From a bacterium (lineage in GTDB: Bacteria; Elusimicrobiota; Elusimicrobia; Elusimicrobiales; UBA9959): a stretch of 64,000 nt of DNA. The notes beneath the pieces were generated by a model that worked only from the letters and a program-made list of their open reading frames with translations, did no database searches and was not told where the DNA came from. The stretch is from NCBI GenBank assembly GCA_021847485.1, contig JAJZRA010000004.1:463-64462 (forward strand), in the 5' to 3' direction. Below, piece by piece: positions 20,410 to 29,603 of this stretch. Every line of letters begins with the position of its first letter. Position 1 is the first letter of the stretch. Both the position numbers and the translations under genes were made by a program.

Positions 20410-20919
20410 ATGGCATGGAATTTCCTGAAGAAGATAGTAGGCAAGGAAGAGGAGAAGAAGCCCGCAGCCCCCGCCGCCGGTAAGCCGGCGGCCGCGACCG
20501 CGGCCGAGGCCCCCGCCAAGCCCGCCGCGCCGAAGCCCGAAGCCGGGGCGAAGCCGGCCGCGCCCAAGGCGGCGGCCCCCGCGGCGCCGGTCAAGGACAA
20601 GCCGGTCTCCGAGAAGACCGACGACGAGCTGGCGGCCGAGCTGGACAGGATGTCCCCGGACATCCTCCGGCAGGCCAAAGACCCCCAGATGCGCGCGATG
20701 ATCATCGGCATCTACCGCAAGATGCTCGCGGCCGGAGTGGACGTCACCGACGACAAGGCCGTCAAGAAGTGGATGCAGAAGCACCCCGAGGTGCTGCAGG
20801 GCGGCGAGCCGGTGAAGATAGAGACCGTCAGGCGCGAAGAGCCCAAAGTGGGCCGCAACGACCCCTGTCCCTGCGGCTCCGGCAAGAAGTACAAGAAGTG
20901 CCATGGGGCCGGGAAGTAA
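20410..20919 (+). CDS. SEC-C metal-binding motif protein
   Basis: C-terminal [21 protein letters not shown]; Ala/Pro/Lys-rich linker; TAAGGAG RBS. Confidence 0.85.
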   Translation: MAWNFLKKIVGKEEEKKPAAPAAGKPAAATAAEAPAKPAAPKPEAGAKPAAPKAAAPAAPVKDKPVSEKTDDELAAELDRMSPDILRQAKDPQMRAMIIGIYRKMLAAGVDVTDDKAVKKWMQKHPEVLQGGEPVKIETVRREEPKVGRNDPCPCGSGKKYKKCHGAGK

Positions 20920-20932
20920 GCCGCCCCAGAGG

Positions 20933-20968
20933 AATAAAAAAACCCCCGGTGCCGGGGGTTTTTTTATT
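20933..20968. terminator. Bidirectional terminator
   Basis: aataaaaaaacccccgg/ccgggggtttttttatt. Confidence 0.9.
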
Positions 20969-20983
20969 GTCCGTCCGCGGAGC

Positions 20984-21817
20984 TCAGTTCCAGGGGATCG
21001 TAGGGGTCTCGGAGATCTGCACCGGGGGTATCTCGCGGGTCAGGTCCTTGTCCTGCTGGGTCAGGTCCTTGAAGTTGCCGAGGCCGTCCACGGCGTAGCT
21101 CAGCGTGCCGCCGTCGGTGGAGAACGGGGTGGAGCGGATCCAGTTGAGCGAGGCCTGCAGGGCGGCGACCGGGTTGAGCTTGGTGCCGATGTTCATCGGG
21201 TCGGACATGCGCACCGCCAGGTCGAACTTCCAGCCCCACTTCACGTTGACGCTGACGGGCTGGACGGTGAAGTTGGTGATGTAGCGGCCGTGCACCTTGC
21301 CGTCGTCCGTCTTGGTGGCGGCGCCGCCGGTGGCCTGCGCGACGTAGTCGGCGGCGCGGGAGTCCTTGCCGCTGTAGTCCTCGGTGCCGCCGTAGAAGAA
21401 CGAGATCTTGTACTTGACGTTGATGACGTCGATGCCCATCAGGTTGGTCACCTTATACTGGTAGACCATCTCCTTGGGGCCCTGCCAGCCGGTCACGTTG
21501 CCCCAGTTGAAGGAGAAGCCGGGGATCGCGCTGGCGTAGGCGGAGGAATAGCCGGCGCTGGGGGCGCCGCTGTTGATGACGTTCCACGCGGCGACGCCGG
21601 CGTTGACGATGCCGCCGGCGGCGGCTTTCTCCATGCCGCCCGCGGAACGCTCTTCCATCTTGGGAGGAACGGCGGCCTTGCCTTCCTCGACCGCGGTGAG
21701 CGTAACTTGCTCGCCCGCTATGGTGAAATAGTCCTTGTCCGCGTTCTGCGCGGCAAGCAGGGGGGAAACCATCGAGAGTATCGCGGCGATCGCAAGGGTG
21801 GATTTCATGGTTTTCAT
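20984..21817 (-). CDS. Secreted hypothetical protein (paralog A)
   Basis: Signal peptide, AGGAGG RBS, beta-rich; clear similarity to 21894..22646. Confidence 0.75.
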   Translation of the reverse strand: MKTMKSTLAIAAILSMVSPLLAAQNADKDYFTIAGEQVTLTAVEEGKAAVPPKMEERSAGGMEKAAAGGIVNAGVAAWNVINSGAPSAGYSSAYASAIPGFSFNWGNVTGWQGPKEMVYQYKVTNLMGIDVINVKYKISFFYGGTEDYSGKDSRAADYVAQATGGAATKTDDGKVHGRYITNFTVQPVSVNVKWGWKFDLAVRMSDPMNIGTKLNPVAALQASLNWIRSTPFSTDGGTLSYAVDGLGNFKDLTQQDKDLTREIPPVQISETPTIPWN

Positions 21818-21893
21818 AGCTCCTCCTGCCTATAGTCTAATGCATGGCCGCGGAATGCGCAAGGGTGTAAGGGCCCAGAGAGGGCCTGGGCCT

Positions 21894-22646
21894 TCAGTAC
21901 CAGGAGACCCCGGCCGGCCCGGTGGAGCGGACCTCTTCCGCGGGTACCGGGGGCATGGCCACCGACTGGACGTCGCCGGGGGCCGTGAAAGAGCCGGTGC
22001 CGATAGCGGTGAACGAGTTGACCGTGATCTCCGGCCTCTTCAGGGGGCCGCTGACGCGCCATTTCAGGTCGGAATTGAGCCAGGCGACCGGACTGATGGC
22101 GGAACCGACGTTCATCGGGTCGGACATCGCCGCGTCCAGGGAGACCTTCCAGCCCCATTTCAGGTCTATCTTCACCGGCTTGATGGTGAAATTGGCTATA
22201 TAGGATCCCTTATGGCCGTCCGGGGAGGGGATATCGCCGTAGCAGAAGGAGACCTCGTAGACGATGTCGACCGCCCTGCCCTGCAGCTTGGAATCCACGG
22301 TGTAGGCGTAGCGGCGGGTCACCTGCTTCCAGCCGGTGAGGTTCTCCCAGTTGAAGGAGAAGCCGGGGATGGCGCTGGCGTAGGCGGTGGCGAGCTGGGC
22401 GGAGGGGCGGCCGTTCACTATCACGCTCCAGACCTTGGCGCCGGCCATTATTATCAGCGCGCCGGTGACGGCGAAGCGGGTGTCCTGGGCCGGCTGGGCT
22501 GCGGTATCCGAGAAGACCACCGGCCGCGCGACCTCCGAGAGCAGCTCCACCCGGGCGGAGGTCTCGTCGTCGGCGGCGAGGGCCGCGGCCGGGAGGAGGG
22601 CCTGGGCGGACAGGAGCAGGGCTAACAGCAGGGTAAGGTTTTTCAT
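21894..22646 (-). CDS. Secreted hypothetical protein (paralog B)
   Basis: Signal peptide; shares AYASAIPGFSFNW, KWGWK, MSDPMN with paralog A. Confidence 0.75.
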   Translation of the reverse strand: MKNLTLLLALLLSAQALLPAAALAADDETSARVELLSEVARPVVFSDTAAQPAQDTRFAVTGALIIMAGAKVWSVIVNGRPSAQLATAYASAIPGFSFNWENLTGWKQVTRRYAYTVDSKLQGRAVDIVYEVSFCYGDIPSPDGHKGSYIANFTIKPVKIDLKWGWKVSLDAAMSDPMNVGSAISPVAWLNSDLKWRVSGPLKRPEITVNSFTAIGTGSFTAPGDVQSVAMPPVPAEEVRSTGPAGVSWY

Positions 22647-22653
22647 TATATAG

Positions 22654-23346
22654 TTACCAGTAGCGTACGCGGCCCGCGTCCACGTGGACGAAGCCGTCCG
22701 AAGGGTAGTAGCCGACCCCGCCGGCCTTCAGGGCCTTGGCGGCGTCGCGCAGGGCGGAGGTCCTCACGCCCTCGATCCTGATGTCGGCGGCGAGGCCGCG
22801 CAGGTGCAGGCTGGCTTTGGCCACGCCGTCGGAGGCGGAGGCCAGGGCGCCGTTGAGTTCGGGGCTGCGGTAGCCGCAGATCACGGTGACGGTCCGGCCG
22901 CCGAAGCGGTCCTGCAGGGCGTCGAGGATCTCCAGCAGCCCGGCGGGAACGTCCGCCTCCCTGCCGGTGAGGCGGCAGCGCATCAGGTGCTTCACCTTGG
23001 CGAAAGCCTCGGGGATGTAGCGGCCGTCCGCGCCGCGGTAGCGCACCTCCAGGGTCTCGCCGGTCCACTGGTGGCGCAGTTTCAGGACGCCGTCGCCTCC
23101 GAGGGCGGGGCCGGATTCGGCGGCCTTTTCGGAGACCCCGGCGGGCGTTTCCGCGTCGGCCAGGTAGGCGCCGGCCTCGGCGGGGGCCAGGGCGGAGAGA
23201 TCGGCGGAAGGGGAAGAGGGGGCCGGCAGGGAGCGGTCCGTCAGGGACCTGAGGTCGGCGGCCGTCACCATGACGAGGGAGAACTCCTGGGCGCCGGCCG
23301 CGCCGGCCGCCGTCAGGATCGCCAGAGAGAGGTAAAGCGCTTTCAT
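22654..23346 (-). CDS. DUF882/YcbK (MepK-like, peptidase M15) peptidoglycan endopeptidase
   Basis: GYRSPELN, GVAKASLHLRGLAADI, GGVGYYPSDGFVHVDAGRVRYW. Confidence 0.9.
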   Translation of the reverse strand: MKALYLSLAILTAAGAAGAQEFSLVMVTAADLRSLTDRSLPAPSSPSADLSALAPAEAGAYLADAETPAGVSEKAAESGPALGGDGVLKLRHQWTGETLEVRYRGADGRYIPEAFAKVKHLMRCRLTGREADVPAGLLEILDALQDRFGGRTVTVICGYRSPELNGALASASDGVAKASLHLRGLAADIRIEGVRTSALRDAAKALKAGGVGYYPSDGFVHVDAGRVRYW

Positions 23347-23516
23347 AAATTTTCCCCGTCGCTATAGTTTAGCCGAACTACGGCCGTCTTCAAGCGGCTT
23401 AGGGCCCAGAAGGGGGCGGACAATGGGCCCAGGCCGCCGTCTGGGCCCCCCGGCCCTTGACAAAATCGCGGCCGCCCCTTATCCTATCTGTTAAGATAAG
23501 TGTGTCCTTAACTTAT

Positions 23517-25991
23517 ATGAGGAAGATACTTTCTGCGGCTCTACTGTTTTCCCTGCTGGCCGGGGCCTCCCCGGCCGTCTCCGGGCCCGCGGAAGCGGCC
23601 GGTACAGGGCAGGAGCAGGCGCTGGACGGGACGGCGCCGGCCGTCCCGCCGGCCGGCGGGTCCGACCAGGACGCCGGGACCAGGGACGACCTGGCGGTCT
23701 TCCGGCGTAACGCGGTCCACAGGCCGCTGGTGGCCGCCGAGGCCCTGCTGCGCTACCTTTCCTCGCTGCCGGAGGACCAGGTCCAGGATTTCCGTCGCAA
23801 GAACTGCGCCTCGATAGCCGAGATGGTGGACTCCCTGCAGCGCGCCGTGGACAGCGGCCGCGTGCCGCAGGAAGCCTACGCCGATTTCACCGCCAGGTTC
23901 TCGAAGTACGAGATCCCCACCATGCAGGCCATGGCCGAGCCGGGCCACGGCGGCCGCGCCGCGGTGGACCAGAAGAAGAACCCCGTGGCGGCCCTCGTGC
24001 ACGTGCGGATGGTGGCGGTCTCCGGCAAGAAGGAGGAGACGGAGCGGGCCATAGCTCAGGCCAGTTCGGACTACCCCGACAACCCCTCGGTCCAGACCGC
24101 CGCGGCCTCCTATTATAACGAGACCAGGAACTACGCCATGGCCGAGAAGACGGCCACCGACGCCATACGTCTGGATTCCTCCTCTCCCGGCGCGTACAAG
24201 GCCCGGGCCCTGGCCAGGGCCTCGCTGCAGGACCGCAAAGGGGCCATAGAGGATATCAAGAAAGCCCTCGCCATAGACCCGCAGGACGAGTCCGCGAGGC
24301 TGCTGTCGGCCCTGCTGGAGAGCCGCAAGCCGGCCGCTTCGCTCAAGGCCGTAGCCTCCGCGGAGGAGATGAGCAAGGCGCTGGGCGCCCGGGAGGACGA
24401 CCGGGGCGAGGTGAACGCCTCCGGCGGCGACGCGGCCCCGGGCGCGGAAAGCGCCTCTTCCGGCGCGGCCCCGGCCGCCGGCCTGCCGGACTACGCCAAG
24501 TCCAGGGCCTACCTGAAGACGGCGCTCGCCAAGACGGCCCTGGGCGACTACGAGGCCGCCGCCCGCTACTCGGGCCTCGCCATAGAAAAGGACCCCGGCA
24601 ATACCGAGGCCTACCTCGAGCGGGCCAACGCCTATAATTTCCTCGGCCGTTACGACGACGCGGTGCGCGACGCCACCGCCGCCATCGAGAAGGACCCCGG
24701 CAACATGCAGGCCTTCAACATCCGGGCCTGGGCCCTCAACCGCAAAGGCCGGGCCGGCGACGCCGCCGCCGACGCCAGCCGGGCCATAGGCCTCAACCCC
24801 AATTACGCCGACGCCTGGTTCAACCGGGCGCTGGCCTACGAGAAGCAGGGCGACTACAAGCGGATGCTGGAGGACTTCCAGCGGGCCGCGGCGCTGAGCG
24901 GCTCCTACGCCGCCCGCTACCAGGACGCGGTGGCCCAGTATGGGCCGCGCGTGCCGGGCTTCATGGGGCAGGGCGCCGCCGCCGGCGCCGCCAGGGCCGC
25001 CGCGGCCGCGGGCAGGGAAGCGCCGGCCGGCCGCCGCAACCCGCTGAGCCGCTTCCTGGTGACGCTGTTCTTCACGCTGACCGGCGGCGCGCTGGTGGCG
25101 ATGGGCCTCATCCACGTGGTCTCCTCGCGGGCCGAAGCCCCGGGCCGCCCGCGCGCTACCCACCCGGACGTGCTCTCGCCGTCGGTCTTCTACGAGGGCG
25201 TGGCCACCGGCAAGTACAAGATAGAGCGCAAGCTCGGCGAGGGGGCGATGGGCGTGGTCTACGAGGCCACCGACCAGTCGCTCGGCCGCAAGGTCGCCAT
25301 CAAGAAGATGGGCGACGAGATCAAGGTCAACGAGCGCGAGAAGCAGCGCTTCCTCGAGGAGGCGCGCACCGTCGCGCTGCTGCACCACCCCAACGTGGTG
25401 GAGATCTATACGATCTTCGAGGAAGAGGACAATATCTACCTGGTCTTCGAGCACGTCGACGGCCAGACCCTGGACAAGGTCCTCGACAAGGAGGTCCGCC
25501 TGCCCTTCGACCGGGCCCGCGGGATCTTCTCGGAGGCCGCCGGCGCGCTGGCCTACGCCCATTCCAAGAACGTAGTGCACCGCGACCTGAAGCTCTCCAA
25601 CATCATGCTGAGCGCGGAGGGCGCCGTGAAGGTGATGGACTTCGGCCTGGCCAGCCACGCCCGCGAGTCGATGGCCCGCTTCTCCAATAAAGAGGTGGTC
25701 GGCTCGCCGGCCTACATGGCGCCCGAGCAGGAGCTCGGCTCGTCGTCGCCGGAGTCGGACATCTATTCGCTCGGCGTCTGCTTCTACGAGGCCTTGAGCG
25801 GCGTGCTGCCGTTCCAGGGGCCGGACTTCCACCACCAGAAGACGCACCGCTCCTACCAGCCGCTCTCGGCTATGGTGCCCGGCCTGCCCAAGGCCGTGGA
25901 TTCCGTGATCGACCGGTGCCTGGCTACGGAGCCTGAGGCCCGCTACCGGAACGCCGAGGAGCTGCGCCGTGACATCGAGGCGCTGGGCTGA
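23517..25991 (+). CDS. Receptor-type TPR-repeat serine/threonine protein kinase
   Basis: Signal peptide, TPR repeats, one TM helix, then GEGAMG, VAIK, HRDLK, DFG, GSPAYMAPE, SDIYSLG. Confidence 0.9.
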   Translation: MRKILSAALLFSLLAGASPAVSGPAEAAGTGQEQALDGTAPAVPPAGGSDQDAGTRDDLAVFRRNAVHRPLVAAEALLRYLSSLPEDQVQDFRRKNCASIAEMVDSLQRAVDSGRVPQEAYADFTARFSKYEIPTMQAMAEPGHGGRAAVDQKKNPVAALVHVRMVAVSGKKEETERAIAQASSDYPDNPSVQTAAASYYNETRNYAMAEKTATDAIRLDSSSPGAYKARALARASLQDRKGAIEDIKKALAIDPQDESARLLSALLESRKPAASLKAVASAEEMSKALGAREDDRGEVNASGGDAAPGAESASSGAAPAAGLPDYAKSRAYLKTALAKTALGDYEAAARYSGLAIEKDPGNTEAYLERANAYNFLGRYDDAVRDATAAIEKDPGNMQAFNIRAWALNRKGRAGDAAADASRAIGLNPNYADAWFNRALAYEKQGDYKRMLEDFQRAAALSGSYAARYQDAVAQYGPRVPGFMGQGAAAGAARAAAAAGREAPAGRRNPLSRFLVTLFFTLTGGALVAMGLIHVVSSRAEAPGRPRATHPDVLSPSVFYEGVATGKYKIERKLGEGAMGVVYEATDQSLGRKVAIKKMGDEIKVNEREKQRFLEEARTVALLHHPNVVEIYTIFEEEDNIYLVFEHVDGQTLDKVLDKEVRLPFDRARGIFSEAAGALAYAHSKNVVHRDLKLSNIMLSAEGAVKVMDFGLASHARESMARFSNKEVVGSPAYMAPEQELGSSSPESDIYSLGVCFYEALSGVLPFQGPDFHHQKTHRSYQPLSAMVPGLPKAVDSVIDRCLATEPEARYRNAEELRRDIEALG

Positions 25992-26006
25992 CGCCCGCTC
26001 CGGCCG

Positions 26007-26046
26007 AAAGGAAGAGCCCCCGCGGGAACGGGGGCTCTTCCTTTTT
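26007..26046. terminator. Bidirectional terminator
   Basis: aaaggaagagccccc/gggggctcttccttttt. Confidence 0.85.
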
Positions 26047-26063
26047 CGCGCGGCGCGGCGGCC

Positions 26064-26690
26064 TCAGGGGAAGAAGGCTTTCTTGACGCCGTCGATGATG
26101 AACTGCACCGCCGTGGCGGCCAGGATGAGGCCCATCAGGCGCGTGGTGATGTTCATGGCTATGGGGTTGAGCTTCGGGGCTTTCTTGATGGCCACGCGGA
26201 AGATCTGGAAGCTGGCGAAGCCGACGGCTATGAACAGCAGGAACAGCACGCCGTCGTAGGCGAGGTTCTTGGCCTTGGACTCGAGCAGGATGGCGGTGGT
26301 GATGGCGCCGGGGCCCGAGAGCATCGGGATCGCCAGCGGCGTTATGGAGACGTCCGCCTTGGCGGCGCCCTCGGCCTTCTCCTCCTCGGTCTCCTGCACC
26401 GCCGAGCGCTTGGCGCGCAGGCTGTCCAGCGAGACCAGCAGCAGCAGCAGGCCGCCGGCCATCTGGAAGGCGGCTATCGTTATCCCGAACACCCTGAACA
26501 GCGCGTTGCCGGTGGCGGCGAAGACCATCAGCACGCCGACCGCGGTCATGCAGGCCGTGCGCGCCATCTTCAGGCGCTCCTCCGGCGTGTTGGCCGGGGT
26601 CATCGCGAAGAAGGTCGGCACCGCGGCCAGCGGATTGATGATCGCGAAGAGCGACCCGGCCCCCATCAGCGCGAAATTCAATATTTCCAT
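26064..26690 (-). CDS. MarC family membrane protein
   Basis: FAIINPL, AFQMAGG, PLAIPMLSGPGAIT, TRLMGLILAATAVQFI. Confidence 0.92.
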   Translation of the reverse strand: MEILNFALMGAGSLFAIINPLAAVPTFFAMTPANTPEERLKMARTACMTAVGVLMVFAATGNALFRVFGITIAAFQMAGGLLLLLVSLDSLRAKRSAVQETEEEKAEGAAKADVSITPLAIPMLSGPGAITTAILLESKAKNLAYDGVLFLLFIAVGFASFQIFRVAIKKAPKLNPIAMNITTRLMGLILAATAVQFIIDGVKKAFFP

Positions 26691-26728
26691 AGGTAAGCAA
26701 GTATATAAATTTTCGGCCCGCCGGCGGT

Positions 26729-29491
26729 TCAACGCTTTAGCTTGAAGAGGCGGGAGTATTCCAGCGCGAAGCCGGTGGTCAGATTGTAGGCCGAGCCGGG
26801 CAGCTTCTTGCCCTGGGCCAGGTAGAAGTTCAGGTAGGGGCTGATCATGACGTCCCCGTAGAGGCGGGTGCTGACCTTGACGTTCAGCTCCAGGCGCTGC
26901 TTGAGGTCGTAGATCGTATCGAAGCGGCTGCGCGCGAAGTTGCGGTAGTTGCCGTCGGCGCTGAGCTGCAGCGCGGTGCCGGGCAGCGGCAGCGACAGGC
27001 TGAAGCCGGTCTCCACGGCGTACTTGGTGCGCGCCGGGCTGTAGGTGTAGACCTGCTCGGTGGTAAGGCCGGCGTAGAGCTCCTGCAGGGCCGCGCCCTC
27101 GAAGAGCTTCATGCCGGCGCTGCCGCGGACCACCTTCTTGAGCGGCAGCGAGTCCTGCCGCGAGAACTCGGTGTCGTAGGCCGCCGAGGCGTACGGGCCC
27201 ACCACCATGCGCCCCAGCCGCCCGTTGTAGTTCCTCATGCGGTAGATCAGCTGCGTTTCGTAGGTCAGCTGGTCCACGCTCTCGGCGGTCAGGTGCGGCT
27301 GGCCGCGGGGGCGCAGCACGTTCTTGCCGTAGTCCGCGGATACCCCGGCGTCGAACCTGAACTTGCCGGAGTAGTATTCCGAATAGAGCCTGCCCGAGCC
27401 CTGGACCTGGGTCTGGTTGACGGCGCTGAGCTGGGACTCGTTTATGTTAGCGTAGGCCGAGGGGCCGCTGACGTCGGTGTTCACCATCGAGAGCGACAGG
27501 CCGCGCAGGTTGACGCGCCAGAGGTTGCGGCGCGGAGGCTCGTTGCGCACCGCGGCCTCGACCCGCGCCTCCCAGTCCTCCCTGGAGGAGGCCTCGGCCC
27601 GCAGTTTCTCGAGCCCGCCTATCACCGCCCCGTAGAGGGTCTTCGGGGCGCCGGGGGGCGGCGCCGCGGGGCGCAGGAAGCGCTTGCCTTCGGCCAGCTC
27701 GGCGGGCAGGGCGGTTAGGTACAGCTCGGAGTCGTTGAGGGGCAGGCCCGAGACCCGGCCGTACCGGTCGACGCCGGACAGGGCGTAATAGTCCATGCCG
27801 GCGTAGTCCTGCGGCGTATAATAAGCCCCGGGCGCGCGCGGCGGCACCTGCCTGGAGCGCAGGTCGTTGATGAAGCGGCCCGGCGCGAGCACCAGGGCCA
27901 GCGGTTTGTCGGGGCCGAGCCAGGTCTTGACCATGGCGGTGGGGATATCCCCGACCATGGAACTGGAGAACGGCTTGACCCTGAGCACCGCCACCTCCGC
28001 GCCGAGCTCCTTGCGCAGCAGGCCGGCCGCCAGGTTATAGAGGTCGGGCACGCCGTAGGCGGGGCCGGCGGCGGGCCCGCCGGCGGGGCGCAGCTCGGGC
28101 AGCAGCTTGTCCCCGGAGCCCAGGAAATGCCGCACGATGCGCTCCTTCATGTAGAGCTGCTCCTTGTAATAGAGCGGCTCGCGCCCGTCGTCGGGCGGCG
28201 GCAGCGATTCCAGCGCGGCCAGCTCGCCGCGCCGGGTGAATTCCAGCCGGAGCAGGCCGGAGCCGGCGGAGTCCGGGAAGACGGTCAGCGCGGGGCCGGT
28301 ATGGGCCTCGCGGGCCCAGTTGCGCAGCGTCACGCGGGTCCGCCTGACCGAGCCGCTGTCCCACGTCTTGGGGCCGATCAGCGCGTCTATGCCGCGGGCG
28401 CTCATCAGCCAGCCCAGCTCATCGCGCTTGAGCTGCGGCGCTATGGCGACGACGGCGTCCGCCTTGTAGCGGCCGCGCAGCTCGTTGATCAGCGCGTAGA
28501 GGGCGCGCTCGTCGCGGGGGTCGCGCACGCTCACCGGCGTGCCTTCCAGGTCGGCCAGCGCTCCGGAATTGGCCGGCACGAAGGAGATGAACGCCACGGT
28601 GCCGCCGCCTATCCGGCGCAGCGCGTACGGCTTGACCAGCGCCGCCAGCGGCGGGGTGGAGATCTCCACGTTGGAGCAGATGAGCTCCGGCGAGCCGGGC
28701 GGCGTCCTGACCGGGCCCGCCGAGGTCCAGAGCAGGAAGTTGCGCAGGTCGTTCGGGTCCATCGCGGCGATGTCGGTGCCGGCGGCGGCCAGGTATTCCA
28801 GGGTCTTAGCCGGGCCGGAATTGAGGATCTGGCCGGTCAGCGTGCCGCCGAGGCCCAGGCTCAGCATGACGGCGTTCTTCTTGTCGGCGGCCGCCTCCAC
28901 CATGCTGCGGCTCAGGCCGTTGAGCCCCATCGGGACCGAGATGCCGGTCAGCAGGGCCTCGTGGCCGCCGAACGAGACGTAATGCCGCATCTCCAGCGTC
29001 GGCTCCCAGAGAGGCTTGGCGATCTCGGAGGCCAGCTCCACCGCGGTGAACCTGATGCCTGACGGGGAGGTGCCGGCCAGCAGGCGCGCCGGGACGCGCT
29101 CCACCGTGAAATACGCCCGCATCCTCTCCTCCACTACCGGGGCCAGCGCGTCCAGCAGCGGGGGCGGCACCAGCAGCAGCGAGTGGCCGCCGCGCAGCAG
29201 CTCGGTCGAGCCCAGCTCCGCGTAGCTGGTGGTGCGGGCCAGCTCCTCCCCGGTGAGGTCCTCCGGGCGGTCCACGACGAACCTGGCGCCGTCGGTGTAG
29301 GTGACGGAGGTGGCGGTGCGCGCCAGCTTCACCGTGCCCGTGGCCGAGGAGATGTCCTCTATGACCTGGGACAGGTCGAAGCTGATCCTGTAATCGTGGT
29401 CGAAATAGTAGACCGAGGCCTCGCCCGCCGCGGCCCCGTTCAGGAGGCCGGCGGTCAACGCCGCGGCCAGCAGCGGCGCGCGGAGCTTCAT
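26729..29491 (-). CDS. Large secreted protein: degenerate 5'-nucleotidase-like region plus C-terminal beta-barrel-like domain
   Basis: Signal peptide; LICSNV..KPYALRRIGG..VAFI..DAVVAI..IDALIG pattern; C-terminal third made of alternating beta strands. Confidence 0.55.
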   Translation of the reverse strand: MKLRAPLLAAALTAGLLNGAAAGEASVYYFDHDYRISFDLSQVIEDISSATGTVKLARTATSVTYTDGARFVVDRPEDLTGEELARTTSYAELGSTELLRGGHSLLLVPPPLLDALAPVVEERMRAYFTVERVPARLLAGTSPSGIRFTAVELASEIAKPLWEPTLEMRHYVSFGGHEALLTGISVPMGLNGLSRSMVEAAADKKNAVMLSLGLGGTLTGQILNSGPAKTLEYLAAAGTDIAAMDPNDLRNFLLWTSAGPVRTPPGSPELICSNVEISTPPLAALVKPYALRRIGGGTVAFISFVPANSGALADLEGTPVSVRDPRDERALYALINELRGRYKADAVVAIAPQLKRDELGWLMSARGIDALIGPKTWDSGSVRRTRVTLRNWAREAHTGPALTVFPDSAGSGLLRLEFTRRGELAALESLPPPDDGREPLYYKEQLYMKERIVRHFLGSGDKLLPELRPAGGPAAGPAYGVPDLYNLAAGLLRKELGAEVAVLRVKPFSSSMVGDIPTAMVKTWLGPDKPLALVLAPGRFINDLRSRQVPPRAPGAYYTPQDYAGMDYYALSGVDRYGRVSGLPLNDSELYLTALPAELAEGKRFLRPAAPPPGAPKTLYGAVIGGLEKLRAEASSREDWEARVEAAVRNEPPRRNLWRVNLRGLSLSMVNTDVSGPSAYANINESQLSAVNQTQVQGSGRLYSEYYSGKFRFDAGVSADYGKNVLRPRGQPHLTAESVDQLTYETQLIYRMRNYNGRLGRMVVGPYASAAYDTEFSRQDSLPLKKVVRGSAGMKLFEGAALQELYAGLTTEQVYTYSPARTKYAVETGFSLSLPLPGTALQLSADGNYRNFARSRFDTIYDLKQRLELNVKVSTRLYGDVMISPYLNFYLAQGKKLPGSAYNLTTGFALEYSRLFKLKR

Positions 29492-29603
29492 CGTACGTTA
29501 AAGATAGCATTTTTGGGCCTCCTCCCCGCGCTTTTTAGGCGGCGGGCAAATCTGTATAATATCAGGGACGTCGACAATAGCGGACCTAACAGGAGAATCC
29601 CAC

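Noticed and set aside
20455-20600. Low-complexity gcc/aag repeats as a DNA repeat element
   Set aside because: They encode the Ala/Pro/Lys linker of the SEC-C protein
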